Source: Massalongia carnosa
Lineage: Eukaryota
NCBI GenBank assembly: GCA_965645245.1
Contig: OZ287075.1
Location: forward strand, 1,302,001 to 1,366,000
Reading direction: 5' to 3'
DNA: 64,000 bases
Shown piece by piece: positions 37,378 to 49,195 of this stretch; the stretch's first letter is position 1, and each line of letters opens with the position of its first letter. The notes beneath the pieces were generated by a model. It saw only the letters and a program-made list of their open reading frames with translations. It made no database searches and was not told the origin of the DNA. Position numbers and translations under genes: made by a program.

Positions 37378-40300
37378 ATGACCTCTCGGCCGTCAGACGA
37401 TGCAATCATGGGCCTTTACGTATGGCATTCCGAATTTGCGGGGCGGGAAGACAGCAAGGCTACGACAGACGAGGCTATCGAGTAAAAATACCAAGGCCTT
37501 CTGATTCTGACTTTAATGCTGATCACTGGTCAGTATCATTGCCGTGCAAGGACTCGGCGCGAGTCCATACTTTACTTGGGTCAAGAAAGTATTGATAGAA
37601 GATCAAGAGGTTAAGCAAGTAATGTGGCTGAGAGATTTGCTTCCGAACTGTGTACCCAATGCTCGGATTGCTACGTTTAGCTATTTGTCAGACTGGTACA
37701 CCTATCGAAAGGGTGTCAAAACAAGTCTTCGAGAATTGGGAGAACAACTGCTTGGCGCGTTACAGCATGATAGGAAAAAATAAATGTTCGTCTATTAAAC
37801 ATGCTCTGTAAATACAATTCAATCTCGCTTATTGTCTTTAGGCTACTCGTCGACCGATCGTTTTCATTGGTCATAGTATGGGTGGATTGGTGATCAAGCA
37901 GGCTTGTATTCACACAGTCAAAATATCATGTATCATAATTCTGACTTGGAGGCTAGGCACTGGTGCTCGCGAGTAATCGACCTAATTATGAGGATATCAA
38001 ACGGTCAACTGCGGGTATCATATTTCTCGGGACACCTCATGGAGGGACTGAAATTGCAGGCTACGCAGCATTTATTGCCAAGCTGAAGAGGAACGATCCG
38101 TCTCTGGTGGAGTCCTTGAAGCCAAGCGATAAAGATCTGTATGAATTATCACTTGACTTTGCAGTCGGATACAAGGATCTACGCATGATGTGATTTTACG
38201 AGAAATTGCAGAATGAGTATATGGATGGGCGTGCAAGAATCGAGGTAGGTATATTATCTGAGCGTCGAATTAGCTCACATGAGAAGTTAGATGGTGAAGC
38301 AGCGTTCAGCAATACAAGAGGGAAAGGACATGATGTATCTGTTTACCAATCATTCAGGACTAAACAAGTTCTCTGGAAACGATGATCCCAATTTTCAAAA
38401 TGTTCGTAAGGTAATTGAAGGAATGACCATGGATGCTTCCTCAACGGTTCGTCGAAATTATGATGGTACAAGCGATGACCCGCAAAGTCTCTGTTATCTG
38501 GTATGACTGACTTCAAGCGTCAAGGATCGGTGAAGATACGATTCACAACGGTGATGCCGTTCGAACGAGATGAAGACTTTGTTGGACGTGAAGATATAAT
38601 CAAAATGATTGATGAGAGCTTTTCGAAATCGCGATTTACCCGTCGAGTAGCTCTAGTTGGCTTGGGTGGTATTGGGTATTAAATAATTGACCTCGAATAT
38701 TCTGCGATTCTCTAATCTCGAGTAGGAAGTCGCAAATCGCGATTGAGTATGCATATCGACTGAGGCTGAGAACTCCTTCGGTTTCGCTGTTATGGGTGCA
38801 CGCTAGTAATGCTGCTCGTTTTGAACAAAGTTATCGTGAGATTGCAATTACAGCCAAGTTATCAGGAGCTGAGGATCCCAAAATTGATATATTAGGTTTA
38901 GTCTCCCGGTGGCTGGGTTCTGATGATAGCAGAGACTGGTTGATGATTCTCGATAACGCCGACGATACAAGCATTTTTTTTAATCCAAGTACCGCTCAGG
39001 TGCCTCGAGAAGGTGGAGAGATATCATCTTTGTCACGTTATCTGTCTTCAAACGCAAAGAGCTTGATCTTAATAACATCAAGAGATAAAAATACAGCAAT
39101 TCGTCTTGCAGGCAATGATGATCGTGTCTTTAGAATTAGTGCAATGGGAGAAGAAGATACCAATACGTTACTTGCAAAGAAATTACCCAATGATCAATCC
39201 AATCAAAGAGATAAGAGCGAGTTGATTAAAGTTCTTGAATATATACCGCTCGCTATTACTCAAGCGTCCGCTTACATTGCTATCAAGGCTCCAAGAATGA
39301 CAATCTCTGGTTATCTAGAACTTTTCCGCCATAATGAATCCAATCTAATATCTCTCTTGAGTAAAGATGGTGGAGATCTACGAAGGGATCCCGACGTTCC
39401 TAATTCTGTTGTGGCAACATGGCAGATTTCATTTGATCAGATCAAAGATCAGAATACAGCGGCAGCTGATCTTCTGTCTTGTATGTGCTTGCTTGATCGA
39501 CAAGGCATTCCGGGATTTCTCTTTTATCAAAGCAACAGCGGGTCGTCGATAGACTTCGAAGATTCGATTGGAACGCTGATTGAATTCTCACTTATAGTTG
39601 AGGAAAAAGAAAAGAATAGTTTTGAGATGCATCGGCTTGTACAGCTTGCGACTAGAAAGTGGCTCGAAATGCATGAGCAGATGGAAAAACAAAAGGAGGA
39701 GGTGCTCAATTTACTAGCAGACCAGTTTCCAAATGGAGAACATAGCAATTGGAAGATTTGTGAAGCTCTTGGACCCCATGCAGAGATTATTCTGAAGTAC
39801 AAGTACCTTTCTCAGCATTGCCGACTCCAACAAGCAGGGATTCTTCATAATAGCGCGTGGTATGCTTTGGCTCAAGGCAAATATGCAATAGCAGAGATTA
39901 GGATTCAAGAAGCTATAAAGATTAAGAAAGAATTACTGGAAATGGAAATTAGAAACACACTTAACAGTCTTGGCTTACTAGCATCGACATTTTGGAATCA
40001 AGGACGATGGAAAGAGGCCGAGGAGCTGGAGGTGCAAGTGATGAGGACGAGCACGAGGGTGCTGGGAGAGGAGCATCCTTCCACGCTGACCAGCATGGCC
40101 AACCTGGCATCGACGTTTTGGAATCAAGGACGATGGAAAGAGGCCGAGGAGCTGGAGGTGCAAGTGATGAGGACGAGCACGAGGGTGCTGGGAGAGGAGC
40201 ATCCTTCCACGCTGATCAGCATGGCCAACCTGGCACACACCTATAAGCTTGAGGGCCGTCACGATGAAGCTATTGAATTAATGGAAAGTGTTGTTAATCT

Positions 40301-40379
40301 ACGTACCCAAAAGATCGGGGCCAGCCATCCTCACACACTTGGGGTTGTTAATACTTTGAAATCATGGTTACACAGTTGA
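37378..40379 (+). pseudogene. Fungal NLR: SesB/DUF676-like alpha/beta hydrolase + NB-ARC + TPR; two apparent lesions in the hydrolase part
   Basis: IIAVQGLG, WLRDLLP, PIVFIGHSMGGLVIKQ, IIFLGTPHGG, NHSGLNKF; PFERDEDFVGRE, P-loop GLGGIG|KSQIA, WLMILDNADD, ILITSR, IPLAITQA, MHRLVQ; TPRs. TAA at 37781-37783 next to an A6 run, and TGA at 38191-38193. Confidence 0.9.
39981..40235 (+). repeat. Two near-identical 126-bp (42-aa) TPR coding repeats
   Basis: Units start at 39981 and 40107 and differ at two positions seen by eye; encode ASTFWNQGRWKEAEELEVQVMRTSTRVLGEEHPSTL(T/I)SMANL. Confidence 0.95.
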
Positions 40380-40581
40380 AACGAGTTTCTGACAAGAGAT
40401 GACTTCGATTTATCCTCCGGCAATAAATTATAAGCACAGCACTAAATATAAGGCTGATAGGCGGCTCTATGTATGCATCAAGATGACCTGCATCGTAAAA
40501 GTAGAGTTGTACGACTATCATGTGTGGGTAAAGATCTTATTTCGAAATATAATGAGTACACGTCATTTCTCTCCCTACTCG

Positions 40582-43500
40582 ATGGAGTTCGATCCCACTT
40601 CTTTGGATGCACGGAAGCAACATGCCATTGCCCTTCTACCCTCACCTCACCTCCTCCCTCCGCAAGAGAATGAGTTATTTTCGTCTTGGAAGGAGGCAAA
40701 GACTCGTCTTCAAGATTATGCCTTCACACAAGGCTTCGCGTTGGTCACGGAAACTCACGATAAGAAAAACCATTTAATCGTATTAGACTGCACACGCCAC
40801 CACAAAAGAGTTAGAAACACTAGAAAAGTAGAGGAGGAAGACCGGGTGCGAGCCAATACCAAAGCTTCGTTCAATGAGTGCCCTTATCACCTCCGTCTCC
40901 AAAAAAAACAAAGACAATGCATGGAGACTAATACGTTACTAACTTCGAGCACAATCATGAGATGGCCACTGATCCCTTTGCATTCAGAGAACATCATAGT
41001 AGGGACCCTGATCGAACAGACGCCCTAGATCAAGGGAAGAGTCTCCGTGCATTGTCAACCCAATATGGTCAAGCAGCGAGAATTTAGGAATCCAAGGACT
41101 CCGTCTATCGAGGAGCGATTATTATAATCTCGCTCATTCGGAGGGAGCTCACACGCCTGAAGAAGAGCTTCTTTTTGCCTTGGGCTCGTTGAAAGACAGG
41201 GGCTTTCATGTACGGTGTAAGGAAAAATATATTGTTAAGAATAATGTGCGTGAGAGACGACGGGTGAGAGAACTTTTTTTTTTGCAATGCGGAGCAAATT
41301 ATGTTAGAATGTACAAATCAGGCTACTTCATTTCAGCCGCACTCACCTTCTACCGCACAAGTATGGCGCACGCTAATGGCTAGACTATCGCTAGTCTAAT
41401 ACTAGCATACCGTACATTGTCTACTATTCCCACTATATACAACAAAAGCAAGCGTTCTATCCTCTAACTACTATACTGCCTTTTGATAAATTAGGCTGGC
41501 TCGACGTTTCGTGGGTGGGTTTTACTTAGAAACGGATGCAACGTTCAATACTAATAAATTGAACTTGCCTTTATCCGTTTTGGTTAGAATCACTAACACC
41601 GATCTTTCGTTTCCCGTCGCTTATTGCTAGTAACTTCCGAATCGGCCGAATGTTTCACTTTTATTTTCGAATGTATGAAAGAGTTGATTTTTCATGATGA
41701 CTGCCCCGGGCCTGGGGTGTTTCTCGGGGATTTTGCAGCTGGGTTGACTATAGCCATGCAAAGAAAAGCTAAAGCTTCGGCAATTGATCTCGATGCTGCA
41801 TTGACCATTACAAGAGAGGTCGCCGAAAATCTAAATCAATCAACGATGAAAGCGGGCGAGGAGAGATGCGTTTTGCAGCTATGCACGTAGCATGCGGCCG
41901 AGGCAATAAAAAAACGACTGATCAAGGCAGGAAAATATCCCCAAGAAGTGCGCAAAAAGCTGGAGACTCTGATAGAACTATGGGATTATATAAAATCCCC
42001 CATTATTGATGAGTTGGATGAGAGACGAAGAAAGTTGCTGAATGAACTTCATCCCGCAGAAAAGGTTAGTAGTGATATATCAAATTAAATTTCAAGCGAG
42101 TTAGGGCTACTGCTAACGCTACCTCTTTCGCAGGATTATCTCATGAATTTCTATCAACGTCAAGAAATTCAATTCGTACATGCATATACTACTAAACTCC
42201 TTAATTTAGGCGCACACAGCACAGAGCGTTCAGAAGGTCTACATTCATTGGTTAAAAATGTGACCATTAGAAACACTTCTATAAGACAATCCGTGCAGAA
42301 AATATGTGATGAGGTGCGGAAAAAACAATTAGATCAGGAGATTTTGTGCAATCAACAGCGAATACGCAATCCTAGATTGATAGATAAAAATGCTTTTACG
42401 CTACTCATTGGGAAAATTGCGCATCATGCCATTGGCCTCGTTTCAAGAGAACTCGATGCCGCCAAATCATTAGCTGAACGAATCCTTTCAATTGTCCCTG
42501 ATGGTGGAAGCTGTGTTTATGATTGTGAATTGCCTTTAAGGTACGGTTTTTCATGCAAATGCTGGTTGTATAAATGTATCATCGACTCGGTCTCTATTCC
42601 AGTTTCCCTCATTCATCGTCGCTGGTTTTTTGATGGCCCACCTTATGCGGTCTCTTGGCAAATGACCTTCGATCTCGCTCGCGGCTCGGAGCCCGAGGTC
42701 GAAAAGATCGTCGATGAGGTCAAAGGGACGGAAGAGATTGAGGCGGATAAGGATGAGGTCGAGCTCGAAGAAGGCGTGTTGAGTGAGGATAGAATTCGCC
42801 GCGGGCGCCTTGATTTGCTAAATTCTGTGGCATATCAATCTATTGATCTGCATCAATCAATAGAAGATTCTCATCGAAGGGAGGAGTACGCTCGCGAGCA
42901 TGCTCACATCGTTGAAAAGTTCAATAAGAAATGGCAAAAGAAGGAGCTGGTAAGACCTCTCATCTTCATCACATTCCCCGACGAAATTCGGTTCAAAGAA
43001 AATCTCATGTATAAGAAAGGAGGGAGTCGTCGACGTGCCTAATCTGGTCGCGAGGCAGCTGAGGCTAGAGAAACTGAACAGCGACGTACTAGGCGAAGGG
43101 ACTCTATTGAACAAGGGAGGAGGCTTAGATATAATAGATTGCGTGCTGGGGGCGACGATGAGGTTGAAGGTGAAACAGAAGGTAAAACTCACGATGTTGC
43201 AAAGTTATTGCGCTCGGGTCGGCTAATATTGGGTACAATAGGTTTAGGAGAAAACTTAGTTATGGAGAGAATCGAAAACGCGTCTATCGTCTCCGACGAC
43301 GATGACGAGGTGCAGAGTATAAGCACTCAGCCCATTCTCGGTCGTTCTATGGGTCTTATGCTTCCTTCGAATGACGATAATGATGTTATTCTTACATCAG
43401 AAGCCTCGTCGGATTCGCTCGAAGATATTGACGATGTGCTTGCCAAGCATAGTCAAAAAGCCCTACCTCAGGCAGCGCCGCCTCCATCTCTTTATAGTCT

Positions 43501-43756
43501 TAGCCAAAACGTGCGCGCCAGTCAAATTCTCCCTACTTCCTCTGCAACAACGGGAAGGTCTCGGGGTGTGGCGAAGAAATCAAAGGCTCAGTTGGAGTTG
43601 GAATCTCAGCAAAGAGTCGAGAAATCAGTCAAACAGGCTAGAGCTCAAGCGAGAAAGGAAACGGCGATGAGAAAAGTGGCTAAAACCATGAAGCCTAGAA
43701 AAGATGATGTATCGCAATTGGCTGACGAGTTTTTGGAGTTGAAGTCATCGCAATAG
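40582..43756 (+). pseudogene. Mutator (MULE) transposase of the right copy, disrupted
   Basis: RLQDYAFTQGFALV (N-terminal DNA-binding region), LETDATFNTNKLNLPL, FLGDFAAGL, LQLCT*HAAEA (CxxH), TERSEGLH, CELPLRYGFSCKCW; stops, frameshifts and a solo LTR insertion; followed by a TIR ending at 43925. Confidence 0.9.
41302..41488. mobile_element. 187-bp insertion, probable solo LTR
   Basis: Flanked by AATTA (41297-41301, 41489-41493); starts TGTTAGAA and ends TTTTGATA; removing it restores transposase AEQIRLARRF. Confidence 0.75.
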
Positions 43757-43925
43757 GTAGATTTATAGGTGTTGAATACACTTAGTCAGTAACAGCAACA
43801 TTAATACGTAGTGTAACTGCTAGCTTGTACGCACACTGGATGAGTAGTAAAATGGCTGTTTACCAGTAAAGATTTACACCAGGGGGGGGGGGGGGGATCG
43901 GGGGGGACTGTCCCTAAGCATCTCG

Positions 43926-44253
43926 ATGAAACAGGAGGGGAGAAGAAAGTGGTGAATGTGAAAGGCGGGATGATTTTAGAGGTTGAGAAGGGAAGGGTTC
44001 GAGTCGTTCAACAGTGAGTTTTTTCTCTTTTTTCCCTTCTACCTTCCATTGTCATTCTTTCCTCCTTTCATTCCATTCCTTCTCTTCCAGGAAGAGAGGT
44101 AATACACACAGCACGCTTACCATTCTGCAACCCTCCCCCGACACCAGGTTCACGGACAAAGGCCTGAGCAGAGACGGAAACTTAGACCCCAGCATGAAGG
44201 TCGTGGAGGATGAGATTTGGGAGCGCTTGCAGAGCGGGGGGTGGGGCCAATAG
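43926..44253 (+). pseudogene. SDR gene, 3' part
   Basis: After the TSD: (NET)GGEKKVVNVKGGMILEVEKGRVRVVQ, intron GTGAG at 44014, last exon FTDKGLSRDG...VEDEIWERLQSGGWGQ*. Confidence 0.8.
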
Positions 44254-45985
44254 ATCAGATTTTGGGGAAGCTAGTGGAAAGGGAGACTGATAATTAGATC
44301 TCTGGGACATATATGCTATTTCAAAGGGGCAAAAGCCAAACGAATGCGGGCTGGTATGCAGGATAAATGCTAATCTATTTTACCGGACTACACCAAGCAG
44401 TATGAATGAACCCAAGCAACGCTGCATTCTATATATACCAGCAACCTTCTACCCCCTTTCTCCCTTTAAATTCCCAGTGTCCCACTCCTCCCCCCTCCTC
44501 CCAGCCAGTCGGCCAACAACATTTCCAATACCCCCTCTCTTTAACCGTCTATAGCTCAGTCTAGAGAAGGGACGAATCCTGTAACTACCATATCATACTA
44601 GTTTGCTTGCGGATAAACGAATCCTTTTTCCCGTTCATCTATATCGCTCCATTCCCTTTCGGGTTGGTTCCAGCCATTCCGCCATACTTAATTACCCCTT
44701 TCGATCTTTCTATTCTTTTTCTCCTCTACGCTAGCTTCTGGGCTTCATCTAGCGTTGTATGTTGGTTGGATGGATGAAGGGATGGATGTCTGTGCTTAGA
44801 TAGGTATATGCATACACGGAAGTATTCTAGAGCTCCCGTTAACCACCGGTGGGGGTGGGGAGGAAGAAGAGGATGATGATGACGATGACAACGAGAATGT
44901 GGAAGGATAATATCAACCATTCACCAATCAGCATCCAATCCACGTATCTATACCTGAACCTCTAAGCCTATATATCTAGCCTGTCTTATCCTCCCCCCTC
45001 GTCTCAGCCCCCACTTTTCCACCCTCCCCTCCTAGCGAAACCCGCGAGCCTCCCTTCCCCGCCGAAATTTCCTATTCTCTCTCCTCTAGCACATAAAAAA
45101 TAGAGCCCCTCGCCCGCCATTCGATTGCCTAGTCTGAGCAAAGTTGATGCTTTGGACTTTGGGTCTTTGGGATAGAGTAGGTTTTGGGGGGAGGTGAGAA
45201 TGAGGGGGAAGAAGGAGGGAGAGACATCTGGCGGCTGTTTAGCGGATAGGGTGGGGTTTTGGGATGATGCTGGCTAGCCCCTGCGACTAATCTCATTCTC
45301 GTTGAAAGTTGTGCGTTTCGCATCCATCATCTCTCAGACGGAATCGTAGCTTGAGCTGCAACAAGAGTAGAGTTACCCCAAAAACAAAGGTAGGAAAGAT
45401 CTGCAAGCAAAATAGATTTCATTAATTTGCAGAACAAAAAGAGCTCTAGTTCTGAAAAGCCCTAGCTAGTTACAAGAGATCTCTAGCGGAGGTAGGAGAG
45501 CATGATAACAGCCTTAGGAAAGGCAGCGACAAGGAAAATTGACAAACTATCTATGTGAAAGAGCCATAGTATGAAAGAACACCATCACCTTCCTCTCTGC
45601 GAGGCATATCCTTACCACCTTGCAAAAAGCCACCCCCGTCCTTTGCTCCTTGGAAAGCCAGAAGTAACTCTCATCTCACCTCGTATGTTCTCTCTTCTTG
45701 AAAGCCATTCCTTCCTAAAAGGGATTTGGTTGTTGCCAAAGAACGCCATAATTGCCAGTAGATGTTGGTTATGATGTGTAAGCCCCTGGTTTCGTTTGCA
45801 AGTAGATGCACTCGGGTAATGCGCGAGCCATGTCCAGATTAGCAAAAAGGTTGAGTCGTAGTAGATGGCGAAGTGCGGTCGAAAAGCGGCCAATCATAAA
45901 TAGCGGTCGCGAAAATGATTAGAAAAGTCGATAAAGCGTAGGATCTTGATAGATAATAAGCCGTAGCCAATGAAGAGACGAGAGG

Positions 45986-48900
45986 TCAAGTGTCGGGCAG
46001 AGGCGCATTGTATGTGAAAAAATCGTCTTGATTATTGCAATCAAAACCGTAAATTAGTTCATTTTCAGCAGAACCGAGATCCTGCAGTGTTTGTTGATCA
46101 GCAAAGGATTCATCTGAAGGATCGTTATTAAATAGGCGATCCAATTGGTCAAGAGTAATACCAAGAATCTCAACTGCTGTTGTCGCCTGTGAAGGAAACT
46201 CAGCCATGATCGTATCGCCAACGATATTTGAGCCAGTTAAGCTAGAAGGCGCCAAACGGGCATCCGAAGTATCAGAAGTAATCGCAGTTTGGGGGTTTTC
46301 CAAAGAGCCAGTCGACTCTAAATTACCATTTACAGGAGCGTTAGTCATTTGAGTGTCATGCGAAGGGTTGGTAGAATCTGAAGTGCCAACACCAGGAGTA
46401 CCTGGAGCACGATCATCACCATCTTGATCCCCGCTATAGGCATCTGCTGCGTCTATGTGAAAGTTTCCTTTCCAATGCTCTAAGGTAGGAATGTTGCAGG
46501 GATTGATGTAACGCGACGTCAAGGCAAATCGCAATTTGCCCATAGGCGTAACATCATGCTGTACTACATTAGCGGGTGATTTCTTAAAAGATCTTAATTT
46601 CAGAAACAAACCTCAAAATACTTTTGCAACTTTTCTCCATGCATAACAACCATGTCGCCGTGTTTGACCTTCATCTTCAAGATAACTGGTGCATTTCGAC
46701 CCTTAACGGTGCGTGCCTCGACATCAAAGGCTGCCTTTGCTTTCCTCCACTGCTCCTGACTTGCAGCAGTAGCTTGCAGAGCGTTGAGTGCCTTACGCTG
46801 ATCATGTAATTGACAACCTTGTAGAACCTCCTTTGTGGGGTTGTATTTCTTTGCGAGGAAGTAAGCCTCTTTCATACGCACTGTCATAAGAGCATCGCCT
46901 CCCAAAGACATGGTGGCTATAGTGGGGCCAAGATCGGATTCACCATCATCATGGTACTACATGAAGTTAGTGGATGGGCAAAAGAAGTGCACGATAAATC
47001 AAGAAGGACAAAGCTTACTCCAATGGCCTGCTTTTCAAAATAGCCCAAGGCTAAGAGCTCATTGAAGTCTTGATAAGTGCCATCTTGAACCACATGTTTT
47101 CCAGCCCAGGTCAGTCGGTTCAAGCCATCCATGATGACCTTGGGTGCCTCGGAGAACGCTCTAGAGTTGACAGACACAATGAACTTATATGGCATCCCCT
47201 ATAATATATTATTAAAAGCCTCCTTAAGACGACTTGATGAAAAATACTTACAAAGTTCGTCGTAAAATGTTTAGTGAGCATTTCACCTTGAACTAAAGTC
47301 ACGTTAACATTCATCTTATAGGTTATGAGATTGGGATAAACCACCAGGGCTGGTTTTCAAAGCAAATCTTTGCAATCCGATGTCAGCTTCTTGCATAGCT
47401 CGAAACATATCATGAGCTCCTCCGGGCTTGTGGTTGATCGTTCTATTTGCCTGAAAGTGAGTCACTGTATTTCCCGGAAATATTTCATAAGTTTCCACAC
47501 GCCAATCTCCATGAAGCTCAGAATTGCAGCGAATGAATGACTTCTCAAATTCGTCCATCGGAATAGCATGCCCGGCGTATTCCATACCATGGTCAGGAAG
47601 AACGGATAGTGGTGATAGTGTTTTGACCTGGATTCTATGAGTGAAGTCGCAGTCGACAGAACCGCACATCCATTGGCGCCAATGGATCCTTGAGTTACAT
47701 CGGCCGCACTTCGGACACACCATTCCTTTCCAGCTTGCGAGAGAATAAGCAAGTTCTGGGTTACCTTCGTCGATTATTAAGGGTGCCGGTTTGAGATCGT
47801 AGAATGGTTTGATGCCCATTGGCCATGGCGTACGCTCTTTCAGGAAGGAAGCACTAAAGATTAGAGTCATTGGCGGTGCTTGACCATTCAAAGTCCAAAA
47901 GGCGGTACAGTCTTCGTTGAGACACATCCATCCCTGCTGATACACCTGGCTGCTATCTTGATTGCACGCAACACAAGTCAAGTGTGGCGCCTTTATGTCA
48001 TAATTGCGGCTTACAGCCGGCATTGGAGAGTCCGCTGGAGCCCACCAGCTTTTTGTTGCAAGATTAAGCTTCTGAAAGCGAAATTTAAAGCAGATTTTCC
48101 CATAAGATTTCTCAGCCCAAATGTGCGTAATATGAAACCAGTCCATGACGCAATATCGATGCGCCACCACAGTGGGACAACTGGCGTTTAAAGATCCTGA
48201 TATAGATTAGCATTATTTAAGGACTAAATATGAACAGGAAAACCCACCAACAATCAAGGCGATGGGAACGTTACGTTCCAAGTTATTATAGAAAGCGGCT
48301 ATGTGTGCAGTGGCTCGATTTTGATCATCAGATTGCTGCATGTTTCCGTCATCGTTTGTCTTGCATCCACCACCCCTAGGTTGGTCATTAGGGCTACAGA
48401 TCAATCTATATCGACAGAGAAATCTTACGCTCTAGTGATCACGATCTCTTCATCCATGTAGGAACGCTCCCCACAATCCTTGTCAAGCAAGAACCCGTAC
48501 GCTAGGCCATTATGGGTGTAACACCCTGACTGAAACGCTCTGTAGTAAGGTACAGACTCGCATAAATTTTGGCGTTCCTAATGAACGGTTAGTTATGTAA
48601 GATGGGTGTTGGTTATTTTACATACCTCCGCCCATACAAGAGGTTTTCCATGCGGCTGAGGACGATTTTCTGGCTGAGGAGCTACTGGCGTTGCTGGTAT
48701 TTTCTTAGCCGGAGAAGCACGCTTACGAAGGTTTGGCTTGGGGCTAGGGGAGGTTTGAACAGAGAGCTGTAGATGATTTGATGCACTTTCAGCCAAAACT
48801 GGTCCTGGGGTGCTTTCGCCCGAAGAACCAATCTTAGCAGTGACAAAACCTGTAGAGAGAGGATTTGGTGAGAAGATATTTAGAAAGCTTGATAGGATTC

Positions 48901-49195
48901 TCTTACCGCGGCCGCTAGTGGTCGACGCTTCTATCACAAGAGATCCTTCACTGTTGGCATTGTCATTCTCATCGTAAAATACAGTCTCTTCAAGTTGCTT
49001 TGACGAGGTTTTGGTAAGCTTTGGCCTCTTTGCGCGCGGCGGAGAATCTATGCTATGTTCTTCGCTCTGGTCGGTGCCCATGAGCGAGACAATATCATAA
49101 GCCTGGCGGCTACCCGATTCTCCAATTTTGGCGGCTCGTGGCAGAGAACGCCTTGCTTTCTTGAGTGCATCAAGATTTGGCATCTTCTCGGACAT
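45986..49195 (-). CDS. Large fungal AlkB-family 2OG-Fe(II) dioxygenase with N-terminal SAD/SRA-like and Cys-cluster regions, multi-exon
   Basis: FNELLALGYFEKQAIG|YHDDGESDLGPTIATMSLG (HxD), HGDMVVMHGEKLQKYFE|H, LRFALTSRYI (RxxxxxR); upstream CVAC..CLNEDC and CPKCGRC; RYCVMDWFHITHIWAEK..FKFRFQK resembles an SRA-like core. Confidence 0.82.

Larger units (their letters stand above)
27857..43925. mobile_element. Composite Mutator (MULE) unit carrying an NLR gene and nested TEs
   Basis: Terminal inverted repeats CGAGATGCTTAGGGACAGTCCC / GGGACTGTCCCTAAGCATCTCG; 9-bp TSD ATGAAACAG at 27848-27856 and 43926-43934; the SDR frame continues across the insertion. Confidence 0.9.

Noticed and set aside
27857..43925. 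Simple inversion between two inverted MULE copies
   Set aside because: Both SDR halves lie outside the block in the same orientation with one shared TSD; an inversion would flip one half or mismatch the TSDs.
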